DNA of 47,572 nt from an uncultured Gammaproteobacteria bacterium. Its GTDB lineage: Bacteria > Patescibacteriota > Patescibacteriia > Magasanikbacterales > UBA922. The translations under genes and the position numbers were made by a program. The notes beneath the pieces were generated by a model. That model had not been told where the DNA came from, made no database searches, and worked only from the letters and a program-made list of their open reading frames with translations. Numbering within the stretch: the stretch's first letter is position 1; each line of letters starts with the position of its first letter. The stretch covers positions 1 to 47,572 of the forward strand of contig CAZHEJ010000001.1 in NCBI GenBank assembly GCA_964531615.1, written 5' to 3'. Shown here one piece after another: positions 39,464 through 47,572 of the stretch.

Positions 39464-40033
39464 ATGAGTCCAGAATTTGCGCAAACACTTGAATTACCTG
39501 TTCCAGAGAAGAAAGAGCCAAGCGCAAAAGGCCGGAAATCCCGAGATACAATTGTGATTCCTGCCTTTGAGGAGATGGGGAAAGAATCCACTCATGGGAA
39601 AGTAATCAGTATATATAGCCGGAAGGAGAAAGAGTTGCCTTTAAATATTGAAAAATTAACCTCACGCATGAAAGAGGGTATTTTTAAGGAAGAGACAAGT
39701 AAAGCAGAGGTGGAACAGATTGCGGAGTTTTTAATATGTAAAACACCAGAAGAAATAGCTGAGTTGATTTGGGAAGGCAAGTTGCATCATACGGTTTTTT
39801 TACAAGTCAAAGAAATGTGCGGTAAAAAGGAGAAAAATATCTTAGAAGAAAAGTCCCTCGCGGTTTTAATGTTGATGGCAGAAAAGATGAGGGGGATTAG
39901 AAAGGGTTTGAAGCAGATATTAGGGGGGGATGAAAACGTAGCGATTGAAGACTTAATTAGGAAAACTTTTGGTTTGGGTTTAGGAGAGCAAGGAAAAGAA
40001 GAGCAGCCGAAAGCTGCGTCAGGAGAATTTTAA
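39464..40033 (+). CDS. Hypothetical protein embedded in the heat-shock cluster
   Basis: 189-aa ORF with tight spacing to neighbours and no recognised motif. Confidence 0.5.
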   Translation: MSPEFAQTLELPVPEKKEPSAKGRKSRDTIVIPAFEEMGKESTHGKVISIYSRKEKELPLNIEKLTSRMKEGIFKEETSKAEVEQIAEFLICKTPEEIAELIWEGKLHHTVFLQVKEMCGKKEKNILEEKSLAVLMLMAEKMRGIRKGLKQILGGDENVAIEDLIRKTFGLGLGEQGKEEQPKAASGEF

Positions 40034-40044
40034 TTTATAAATAT

Positions 40045-40398
40045 ATGTCAGAGGAATTTGTTCCGGCAATGAATATTTATGACACCAAAGACGCGGTCGT
40101 GGCCGAGACACCGCTGGCCGGCGTTGACCCAAAAGATGTTGAGGTCAATGTGGAAAGGGGCGTTTTAACGGTCAAAGGCGCGACTAAAAAAGAGCATGAG
40201 GTTGATGAAAAGAATTATTACCGCAAAGAAGTGCGCTCCGGCTCTTTCTTCCGCCAGGTGGCCTTGCCTGTCGCTGTCAAAGAAGACGCGGTCAAAGCAG
40301 AGTTTGAGGATGGCATTTTAAAAATCACCTGCCCCAAAGTCGCGCCAGCAGTGACGAAAAAAATAAGCATTAAAGTGATGAAGAAAGAGAAGAAGTAA
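40045..40398 (+). CDS. Small heat-shock protein (Hsp20/alpha-crystallin)
   Basis: Alpha-crystallin domain: ...GSFFRQVALPVAVKEDAVKAEFEDGILKITCPK. Confidence 0.88.
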   Translation: MSEEFVPAMNIYDTKDAVVAETPLAGVDPKDVEVNVERGVLTVKGATKKEHEVDEKNYYRKEVRSGSFFRQVALPVAVKEDAVKAEFEDGILKITCPKVAPAVTKKISIKVMKKEKK

Positions 40399-40412
40399 TT
40401 AAGTTAAATTTT

Positions 40413-41252
40413 ATGGAGGAAAAAAATAAACTTATAGTAATATTTGACGAACAGCCAGTTCGGCGTTTGTGGAGTAAAAAAGAGGAAAAATGGTATTTTA
40501 GCGTGGTGGATGTTATCAGGATTTTAACTAATAGCGACAATCCGCAGGTTTACTGGAGAGTGCTCAAAAAAAGGCTTATAGATGAGGGTTCTGGTGAAAC
40601 CGTTACAAAATGTAACGGTTTGAAAATGGCCGCAAAAGACGGGAAAATGCGCATTACTGATATGGCTGATGTTGAAGTGTTGTTGCGTTTAATCCAGTCA
40701 ATCCCATCTCCAAAAGCTGAACCATTTAAGTTGTGGCTGGCAAAAGTCGGTTATGAAAGAATGCAGGAAACCGTTGATCCGGAATTGGCAGTCGGACGTG
40801 CACGCAGGAATTGGCAGGCGATTGGACGGAGCCAAAAGTGGATTGAACAAAGAATGCTCGGAGTTGAAACGAGGAATAAGCTTACTGACTACTGGGCAGA
40901 CCACGGAATTGAAAAGAAAGATGAGTTTGCTAAACTCACGAATGTTATTCATCAGGAATGGAGCGGGCTATCCGTAAAAGGGCATAAAAATTTGAAAAGT
41001 TTGGATGCGCAGAATTTGCGCGACCATATGACCGAGGCCGAGCTGATATTCACCGCGCTGGCAGAATTGTCCACGCGCCAGATCGCTGAAACAGAAAAAG
41101 CAGATGGCTATAAACCTAATAAAATCGCCGCGCATAAAGGCGGCAGGATTTCCGGCAGCGCGCGCCGGCAGTTGGAGAAACAGACAGGCAAGAAAGTTGT
41201 GAGCAGAGAGAACTATTTGAAACCGGTTAAAGAAGTAAAAAAATTGGAATAA
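40413..41252 (+). CDS. Bro-N domain / DinD-like (DNA-damage-inducible protein D family) protein
   Basis: The N-terminus VRRLWSKKEEKWYFSVVDVIRILT matches a Bro-N pattern. The C-terminal half (RNKLTDYW...LRDHMTEAELIF...) resembles DinD-type proteins. Confidence 0.68.
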   Translation: MEEKNKLIVIFDEQPVRRLWSKKEEKWYFSVVDVIRILTNSDNPQVYWRVLKKRLIDEGSGETVTKCNGLKMAAKDGKMRITDMADVEVLLRLIQSIPSPKAEPFKLWLAKVGYERMQETVDPELAVGRARRNWQAIGRSQKWIEQRMLGVETRNKLTDYWADHGIEKKDEFAKLTNVIHQEWSGLSVKGHKNLKSLDAQNLRDHMTEAELIFTALAELSTRQIAETEKADGYKPNKIAAHKGGRISGSARRQLEKQTGKKVVSRENYLKPVKEVKKLE

Positions 41253-41364
41253 TATGAAAGAATTTATAAATAAATTGTTAAAGAATTTTCAATTTAAATA
41301 ATTTGATTTTTTAATTTTAAATTAAATAGTAATCTAATTATTAACCACGAACGTGGCAGGAAAG

Positions 41365-41385
41365 ATTCCTCACTGCGTTCGGAAT
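41365..41385. repeat. Mini hairpin related to the attccga...gaggaat arm, located between an SD-like AGGAAAG and the dnaK ATG
   Basis: attcctcactgcgttcggaat is the reverse complement of the attccgaa..gtgaggaat motif at 7009. Confidence 0.6.
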
Positions 41386-41393
41386 TTAAACCT

Positions 41394-43313
41394 ATGAGCA
41401 AAATTCTCGGAATAGACCTCGGCACGACCTTCTCCTGCATGGCAGTGATTGAAGGCGGACAGCCCAAGGTGCTGGAAAACAAGGAGGGGGCAAGGATTAC
41501 GCCGTCAGTGGTGGCGATTTCCAAAACCGGCGAGCGCTTGGTTGGCCTTTTGGCCAAACGGCAGGCCGTTACTAATCCGGAAAACACGCTTTTTTCCATC
41601 AAGCGCCTGATCGGGCGCAGATGGGACGACGCAGAAGTCCAGCGCGATTTGAAAGTTATGCCTTATAAAATCGTCAAAGCCGGCGATGGAGTTAAGGTCG
41701 TGATGTCCGGAAAAGAATATTCTCCGCAGGAGATATCGGCAATGATTTTGGGAAAAATGAAATCAGATGCGGAAGAGCGATTGGGCGAAAAAATCACCGA
41801 AGCCGTGATTACAGTGCCTGCGTATTTTGACGACAGCCAACGTCAAGCCACCAAAGACGCGGGCGAAATCGCGGGATTAAAAGTCGCGCGCATTATTAAT
41901 GAGCCGACTGCAGCCGCGCTCGCATACGGTTTTGACAAGAAAAAAGACCAGCAAATCGCGGTTTATGACTTGGGCGGAGGAACTTTTGATATTTCCATTT
42001 TGGATGTGTCAGCCGACACAGTGCAGGTTTTATCAACCAACGGCGACACGCATTTGGGCGGAGATGATTTTGACCAGGTGATTATGGAGTGGATTTTTAA
42101 AGAATTTAAAAAAGACCAGGGGATTGATTTATCAAATGATTCTTTGGCAAAACAGCGCATCAGGGAAGCGGCGGAAAAAGCCAAGATTGAATTGTCAACC
42201 GCGCAGGAGACGGAAATCAACCAGCCGTTCATCACTTCTGACGCTTCAGGTCCCAAACATTTAGTTATGAAATTATCCCGCGCAAAATTGGAAGAATTAG
42301 TAGGCGATTTGGTTGAAAAAACAATGGGTCCGGTCAAAAAAGCATTAGAAGATGCTAAACTAGATGTTAAAGACATTGATGAAGTTGTAATGGTCGGCGG
42401 AATGACAAGAATGCCATTGGTTTTTCAGACCGTGGAAAAGTTTTTTGGAAAGAAGCCGAATATTTCAGTCAACCCTGACGAAGTAGTGGCAGTCGGCGCA
42501 GCAGTGCAAGGCGGTGTTTTGCGCGGGGATGTCAAAGATGTGCTTTTGCTTGATGTTACACCGCTTTCTTTAGGTATTGAAACACTGGGAAGCGTAATGA
42601 CGCGTCTGATTGAGCGCAATACCACAATCCCGACCGGCAAATCGCAGGTTTTTTCCACAGCGGCTGACAATCAGCCGAGCGTGGAAATCCATGTTTTGCA
42701 GGGCGAGCGCGAAATGGCCACGGATAATAAAACTTTAGGCAGGTTTATGCTTGACGGCATTCCGCCGGCGCCTCGCGGAGTTCCGCAGGTTGAAGTTACA
42801 TTTGACATTGACGCCAACGGCATTGTGAATGTCAAAGCCAAAGACAAAGCGACGAATAAAGAGCAGTCAATCCGCATTGAAGCGTCTTCAGGACTTTCCA
42901 AAGATGAGATTGAGAAGATGAAAAAAGACGCGGAGGCGCACGCAGATGAAGACAAGAAAAAACGCGAACTCGTTGAAGCGCGCAATATAGCTGACACAAT
43001 GGTTTACACCACTGAAAAAATGATGAAGGAAGTTGAGGAGAAGTCCGCCCAAGGCGGATCCGCCTTGGGCGGAAAGGCCATTATTACTGATGATGAGAAA
43101 AAGAAAGTTGAAGATGCACTCAAAGCGCTGAAAGATGTAAAAGATGAAGATGATTTAGAAGCAATCAAAAAAGCTTCTGAAGAATTAAGCAAGGCCGCGC
43201 AGGCGGTTGGAGCGAAGATGTACCAGTCCGGCTCTGCTAAAGCTGCGCCGGATAAACAAGATGGTGATAACAAGAAGGACGAAGGGCCGATTGAGGGCGA
43301 GGTGGTAAAATAA
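41394..43313 (+). CDS. dnaK: Molecular chaperone DnaK (Hsp70)
   Basis: [33 protein letters not shown] and [11 protein letters not shown]. Confidence 0.98.
   Translation: MSKILGIDLGTTFSCMAVIEGGQPKVLENKEGARITPSVVAISKTGERLVGLLAKRQAVTNPENTLFSIKRLIGRRWDDAEVQRDLKVMPYKIVKAGDGVKVVMSGKEYSPQEISAMILGKMKSDAEERLGEKITEAVITVPAYFDDSQRQATKDAGEIAGLKVARIINEPTAAALAYGFDKKKDQQIAVYDLGGGTFDISILDVSADTVQVLSTNGDTHLGGDDFDQVIMEWIFKEFKKDQGIDLSNDSLAKQRIREAAEKAKIELSTAQETEINQPFITSDASGPKHLVMKLSRAKLEELVGDLVEKTMGPVKKALEDAKLDVKDIDEVVMVGGMTRMPLVFQTVEKFFGKKPNISVNPDEVVAVGAAVQGGVLRGDVKDVLLLDVTPLSLGIETLGSVMTRLIERNTTIPTGKSQVFSTAADNQPSVEIHVLQGEREMATDNKTLGRFMLDGIPPAPRGVPQVEVTFDIDANGIVNVKAKDKATNKEQSIRIEASSGLSKDEIEKMKKDAEAHADEDKKKRELVEARNIADTMVYTTEKMMKEVEEKSAQGGSALGGKAIITDDEKKKVEDALKALKDVKDEDDLEAIKKASEELSKAAQAVGAKMYQSGSAKAAPDKQDGDNKKDEGPIEGEVVK
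43044..43073. repeat. Perfect 30-nt palindrome in-frame in the dnaK C-terminal region ([10 protein letters not shown])
   Basis: tccgcccaaggcgga|tccgccttgggcgga. Confidence 0.93.
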
Positions 43314-43319
43314 ACTAAA

Positions 43320-44426
43320 ATGTCCAAAGATTATTATAAAATTTTAGGTGTAGACAAAAACGCCTCAACAGAGGAGATAAAAAAGGCATTCCGCAAGCTG
43401 GCGCATCAGTACCACCCTGACAAGCAGGGCGGGAATGAAGCAAAGTTCAAAGAAGTGAATGAGGCGTTTCAGATTTTGGGAAATGAGGAAAAACGCAAGC
43501 GCTATGACCAATTCGGCGCTGATTTTGAACAGCAGGGCGGATTTGGCGGAGGAAAGGGCTGGGAGGATTTTATGCGCGCGGCAAGAGGTCAAGGGGGATT
43601 TAATGGTTTTAATGTTAATTTTGGAGATTTTGATTTTGGAGATATCTTTGGTGATATCTTTGGTTTTGGTGGCGGATCATCAAGGCGAGGCCGAGGCCGT
43701 TCAAAAGGCAATGATATTCAGGTTGATGTGCAATTGAGTTTCCGCGAAGCGGTTTTTGGAACGGAAAAAGAAATTCGGCTCACAAAAAATAATTCCTGTG
43801 ATGTTTGTGGAGGTTCTGGGATAGAGCCGGGAAGTAAAATGCACCAATGCAGCGATTGCCATGGCCAGGGGCAGGTAAGGCGCGTCCAACAGACGATTTT
43901 AGGCGCGATGCAGACAGTAAGCGCCTGCCCGACTTGCAGTGGACAAGGGAAAATCGCGGAAAAAAGATGTAAACATTGCGGAGGAGATGGAATCGTGCGC
44001 AGTCAGTCAAACTATACAGTAAAAATTCCCGCAGGCATTGATGATGGCGAAGCAATCCGGTTGGCGGGAAAAGGGGAAAGCTCGGGCGCAGGCGGTTCAG
44101 CAGGGGATTTGTATGTAAAAGTTCATGTAAAGCCAGAAGCAGGGTTTACGCGCGATAGGGATGATATTTATACAGAATTAAAAGTATCTTATCCACAGGC
44201 GGTTTTGGGAGACAAAATAGAGATTGATACTATAGACGGCAAGAAAAGATTGGTAATTCCAGAAGGCACCCAATCGCATCAGGTTATCCGTCTCAAGGGG
44301 CTTGGCGTGCCAAATGTCCACGGCCGGGGCAGAGGAGACCAGTATGTTAAAGTGATTGTGGAGGTGCCGAAGAAGACAAGCAGACAGGCAAAAAAGCTTT
44401 TAGAAGAGTTGGCAGGGGAATTATAG
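43320..44426 (+). CDS. dnaJ: Co-chaperone DnaJ
   Basis: J domain with HPD (YHPDK), a G/F region and four CxxCxGxG zinc motifs. Confidence 0.97.
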   Translation: MSKDYYKILGVDKNASTEEIKKAFRKLAHQYHPDKQGGNEAKFKEVNEAFQILGNEEKRKRYDQFGADFEQQGGFGGGKGWEDFMRAARGQGGFNGFNVNFGDFDFGDIFGDIFGFGGGSSRRGRGRSKGNDIQVDVQLSFREAVFGTEKEIRLTKNNSCDVCGGSGIEPGSKMHQCSDCHGQGQVRRVQQTILGAMQTVSACPTCSGQGKIAEKRCKHCGGDGIVRSQSNYTVKIPAGIDDGEAIRLAGKGESSGAGGSAGDLYVKVHVKPEAGFTRDRDDIYTELKVSYPQAVLGDKIEIDTIDGKKRLVIPEGTQSHQVIRLKGLGVPNVHGRGRGDQYVKVIVEVPKKTSRQAKKLLEELAGEL

Positions 44427-44466
44427 TTTGGTATACTATAAAGGTAATTTTTTAAACAATAATTAT

Positions 44467-44748
44467 ATGATAGAAGAAAACGTTGAACAGTCTAAACAGG
44501 AACATCTTGAAGGGAATCCAGTGACAATAAAGGAAAATGATCTGATTAAATGTAAATATACAGGGATGGGAAATCCTGTGCTTCATGATCTTGAGAATAC
44601 GATTTTAAAGGTTGATAAAGTAAAAGATGATTATATAGTTGTGGTGGTAAATAATAAAGAAGGCGGTGGTGGGCCTGGTGCGCAAGTCGGAGATATTAAG
44701 ACAATTGAGAGGAAGTATATTAGAGACGCTTATTTTGAGAAAATATAA
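44467..44748 (+). CDS. Hypothetical small protein
   Basis: 93 aa from the ATG at 44467. The ORF-track start at 44428 is a TTG directly after the dnaJ stop. Confidence 0.45.
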   Translation: MIEENVEQSKQEHLEGNPVTIKENDLIKCKYTGMGNPVLHDLENTILKVDKVKDDYIVVVVNNKEGGGGPGAQVGDIKTIERKYIRDAYFEKI

Positions 44749-44750
44749 TT

Positions 44751-45257
44751 ATGTCTTTTTTAGAGCTTTTTCCCAGTTTAGATTTATTTATTTTATTTTT
44801 ATTTATCATTGCAATTATTCTGCATCTGATTTTTGTTAAAAAATCCAGCTTGTTTATTAATGCTTTGTCGGTTTACGTTGCTGTAGCGTTGGTGATAATT
44901 GTTCCGCTGTTCAGCGCAACCGTCGCTGGCTGGCTGAATTTTTCAGTTTACATCCGAGTTATTGCTTTTTTGCTTTTATGTTTTCTTGTTTTTTTGCTCT
45001 TATCGCACAGCAATTTGGGAGAGTTTTCAAAAAATGTCTCGCCAACCCAGTTTGGAACATCTTTGGCATGGAGAATCGCGATTGTCGGTTTGTTTTTCAC
45101 CACAGTTTTATATTTTCTACCATCCGGCATAGTTCAATTCGGCCCGATTGTAAAAGCACTGTTTGTAAATTTTATCGCATTGGTTGTTTGGTTTTTAATC
45201 CCATTGTTGCTGGCTTTTGCTTACAGGTTTAAGACGAGGAGAGGGTGGGTGGAGTAA
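44751..45257 (+). CDS. Integral membrane protein, unknown function
   Basis: 168 aa with 4-5 TM helices. Confidence 0.55.
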   Translation: MSFLELFPSLDLFILFLFIIAIILHLIFVKKSSLFINALSVYVAVALVIIVPLFSATVAGWLNFSVYIRVIAFLLLCFLVFLLLSHSNLGEFSKNVSPTQFGTSLAWRIAIVGLFFTTVLYFLPSGIVQFGPIVKALFVNFIALVVWFLIPLLLAFAYRFKTRRGWVE

Positions 45258-45650
45258 TTTGTCCAAAATTTTATTCACCTCCGCGTCAGCTTCTTTGTTG
45301 CCATCGCGCAAAGTATGCTTGATGGCGACTTTTTTGAATTTCTGCATGGCGTTCCAGGCCTGAATAAAAAGCTTTTGCAGGTTCGGCTCTTTTACTTTAT
45401 ATTCAAGATTCATCTGTTTGACCAGTAATTCGCTGTCAATAATGCATTCAACTTCAGTCGCGCTCAATTCATGCGCTTTTTTCAGCCCGGAAATAATAGC
45501 CGAATACTCGGCAAAATTATTCGTCTGCGCGCCCAAATATTCTCCATAAGCGACGAGAGTTTTGCCTTTTTGATTTTTTATCACCACTCCTATGGCTGCA
45601 GGCCCCGGATTGCCTCGCGACCCGCCGTCAGTGTAAATTGTTAATTTCAT
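45195..45650 (-). CDS. rnhA: Ribonuclease HI-type protein
   Basis: IYTDGGSRGNPGPAAIG, NNFAEYSAI, IDSELLVKQM and GNKEADA. The C-terminal tail overlaps the convergent gene by 63 nt. Confidence 0.85.
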   Translation of the reverse strand: MKLTIYTDGGSRGNPGPAAIGVVIKNQKGKTLVAYGEYLGAQTNNFAEYSAIISGLKKAHELSATEVECIIDSELLVKQMNLEYKVKEPNLQKLFIQAWNAMQKFKKVAIKHTLRDGNKEADAEVNKILDKLLHPPSPRLKPVSKSQQQWD

Positions 45651-47398
45651 AGTTTTTTCAAGTCAACTATTGTCAATTGCAGCTCTCTGTTTCCATTCCA
45701 TTGATTAACATCAATCTCAAACACCAGATCAATTTTGTCTCCAATTTTAAGCGCTTTGCTCCAGTCAGTGCAATGGCAGTTGTTTTCATCGCATAAATTC
45801 CAGCCGATTGTTTTTTTAATCTGCTGCGAATTGTGCTTTACCATAATGCGCAGATGTTTCCTGTCTTTTCCCACAGGCTCCAATCCGGTGATGGTCAAAT
45901 TATGCGCCAGATATTTTGGTTTTGGATTAGTTTGGCCGAACGGCTCAAATTTTTCCAACAGGCCGTAAAGCTCCCAATTAATTTCGTCAAGATTCACTTC
46001 TGCATCAATCAACAACGCTGGTTTTAATTCCCTGCCAGCAGTTTTTTCTTTGAATTTTTCTTTCAGCTTTGTTTTGAATTCTTCAAGCTGGCTTTCATTT
46101 TTTATTGTAAAACCGCATGCCATTGGATGCCCGCCGAATTTGTCAAAATATCCGCTTAATTCCTGCAATGCCTCAATCAGATTAAATTCTTCTACACTGC
46201 GCCCGGAGCCGATTATCTCGCTTTCGTTCCTCGTAATTACAATTGACGGCTTGTAGTATTTATCTTTCAATTTTCCGGCTGCCAAGCCTATTATTCCTCC
46301 TGGCCATTCATCATTTCTGGCGAATAAAATCGGTTCGTCTTTTTGCGTTTTTTCTATCTGATTAACCGCTTCTTTCATTAATTCTTCTGTGGTTTTTTGC
46401 CTTTGTTCATTGTTTTCATTCAATTCCCTGGCAAGTTCCGCAGCCTCGTCATTATCTTCAGTTATCATCAGATTGTAGGCAGTGTTGGCATGGTTCATTC
46501 TTCCGGCCGCATTTAAACGGGGAGCAATTTGAAAAGAAATGGTATCTGCGGTAAGTTCTCTTTTTTTATTCCCGTCTTCTTGCAAAAGACGCGCCTCCAA
46601 AAGCAGTTTTTGCAGGCCGATCCGCTTCGTTTTATTCAGCACCACCAGTCCGTATTTTACGAGAGTGCGCGATTCGCCGACCAGCGGAACCATGTCTGCG
46701 ACTGTGGCAATTGCAACTAAATCAAGAAGCCATTTTTCCCATCCATCAGATGGTTTTTCCCCAGAATTTTTTTTGAGCAGGCCCTGCATCAGCTTAAACG
46801 CTACCCCTCCTCCAGCAAGCCCTTTATCAGGATAAGTTTCATCCTTAACTTTTGGGTGTATAATCGCGTATGCGGGAGGGAGCGTTTCCGGAACAGAATG
46901 ATGGTCAGTTATAATCACGTCCATGCCTTTTTCATTCGCCATCACAATTTCTTCAAGATTGCTTATACCGCAATCGCAAGTAATAATCAGATTGATTTTT
47001 TCTTCGGCGAATTTTTGAATAGTATTTTTGTTCAGGCCATAGCCGTCAATTTCGCGATGCGGCAGGAACACATCTACGTTTTGCGCTCCCAGCGTTTTTA
47101 ACGTTGAAATAATTATTACTGCTCCGCAGACGCCATCAGCGTCATAATCGCCATGCACAATGATTTTTTCCCCGCTGTTGATTGCTTTATAAATTCTTTC
47201 CACTGCTTTTTCCATGTCGCGGAAAAGAAACGGGTCGTGCACGTCCTGCGAATAATCAGGATTCAGGAATTCATCAATCTGCTCCTGCGTGCGGATATTG
47301 CGGTGGTATAACAAACCAGCCGCGAGGACTGGCAGTTCAGGGTGTTCAGTTAAAAAATTCTGCGGAGCAGGGGAGAGAAGCTTCCAGTTTTTGGTCAT
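45647..47398 (-). CDS. recJ: Single-stranded-DNA-specific exonuclease RecJ
   Basis: DHH motifs (IIVHGDYDADGVCG, ITCDCG, IITDHH), a DHHA1 GGHPMACG motif and a C-terminal OB-like region. Confidence 0.92.
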   Translation of the reverse strand: MTKNWKLLSPAPQNFLTEHPELPVLAAGLLYHRNIRTQEQIDEFLNPDYSQDVHDPFLFRDMEKAVERIYKAINSGEKIIVHGDYDADGVCGAVIIISTLKTLGAQNVDVFLPHREIDGYGLNKNTIQKFAEEKINLIITCDCGISNLEEIVMANEKGMDVIITDHHSVPETLPPAYAIIHPKVKDETYPDKGLAGGGVAFKLMQGLLKKNSGEKPSDGWEKWLLDLVAIATVADMVPLVGESRTLVKYGLVVLNKTKRIGLQKLLLEARLLQEDGNKKRELTADTISFQIAPRLNAAGRMNHANTAYNLMITEDNDEAAELARELNENNEQRQKTTEELMKEAVNQIEKTQKDEPILFARNDEWPGGIIGLAAGKLKDKYYKPSIVITRNESEIIGSGRSVEEFNLIEALQELSGYFDKFGGHPMACGFTIKNESQLEEFKTKLKEKFKEKTAGRELKPALLIDAEVNLDEINWELYGLLEKFEPFGQTNPKPKYLAHNLTITGLEPVGKDRKHLRIMVKHNSQQIKKTIGWNLCDENNCHCTDWSKALKIGDKIDLVFEIDVNQWNGNRELQLTIVDLKKL

Positions 47399-47435
47399 AG
47401 ATAAATCCTTTATATTTTACATTTTTTTTATACAC

Positions 47436-47464
47436 TTGACAAGATGCGGATTTTGTGATATGCT
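47436..47464 (+). promoter_or_regulatory. Sigma70-like promoter (TTGACA-17-TATGCT) for the gene starting at 47554
   Basis: Direct reading. Confidence 0.55.
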
Positions 47465-47553
47465 TTCTTGTCGGCTGGGAATAGTCTCGGCTGTAAAAGG
47501 CACAAGTAATCCCGCAGTTGTTGCTGGGATGATAAGTGCCAAGGAGGTTTGTC

Positions 47554-47572
47554 ATGGGAAAAAAGAGATTAT
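47554..47572 (+). CDS. 5' end of an unidentified gene (MGKKRL...), truncated by the window edge
   Basis: The ATG at 47554 lies 7 nt after the AAGGAGG RBS. A consensus-like promoter and a ~90-nt leader lie upstream. Confidence 0.3.

Noticed and set aside
40413-41252. Whether the Bro-N gene marks a prophage or genomic island.
   Set aside because: There is no integrase, no terminase or capsid gene, no att-like flanking repeats and no tRNA at the border. Its neighbours on both sides are core chaperone genes.
45195-45257. The 63-nt convergent overlap of rnhA with the membrane-protein gene as a regulatory antisense module.
   Set aside because: It is most simply explained by a non-conserved C-terminal tail extension of the RNase H ORF to the next stop codon. 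No supporting structure is present.
1-47572. Alternative genetic code (UGA or UAG reassignment), as seen in some CPR lineages.
   Set aside because: All conserved genes are full length under the standard code, with TAA/TGA/TAG all used as terminators at the expected protein ends.

Overview
This is a gene-dense, AT-rich chromosomal segment with about 52 CDS and 1 tRNA. All calls rest on motif recognition by eye; no searches were run.

Gene content is almost entirely housekeeping and envelope functions:
- Translation and tRNA: leuS, tsaE, queH, an Elp3-like gene, cca, tRNA-Val and an RNase Z-like MBL.
- C1 and SAM metabolism: glyA, metK.
- Envelope: mraY, mpl, uppP, gpsA, a PLD/cardiolipin-synthase-like gene, an MGDG-synthase-like GT, yidC and a MacA/MacB-type ABC exporter.
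- Competence: a split comEC.
- Heat shock: a CIRCE-controlled hrcA-grpE-hsp20-dnaK-dnaJ cluster.
- Repair: rnhA, recJ.

The mix (archaeal-type pyrH, bacterial Elp3, short YidC, a tRNA without encoded CCA, ATGA-coupled genes) fits a small-genome CPR/Patescibacteria-like bacterium, but that is inference only. I saw no rRNA, CRISPR array, transposase, integrase or recognisable defence system.

Five things stand out:
1. LeuRS carries a complete, apparently catalytically intact YdeN/RBBP9-type serine-hydrolase domain. It is spliced in-frame into the first Zn knuckle.
2. Conserved genes are invaded in-frame by several families of short GC-rich palindromic elements and by heptanucleotide tandem repeats. 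Affected genes are leuS, elp3, mpl, cca, dnaK, queH, pyrH, comEC, tsaE and the ATE-like gene. Identical units recur in unrelated genes, and hairpin-preserving compensatory changes occur between copies.
3. A translationally coupled mraY / ATE(Bpt)-like aminoacyl-tRNA-transferase-fold / MBL / mpl / NUDIX operon.
4. An Elp3 and Trm9-like methyltransferase pair whose start codons sit back to back.
5. A cca gene whose catalytic motif lies upstream of any canonical start codon.
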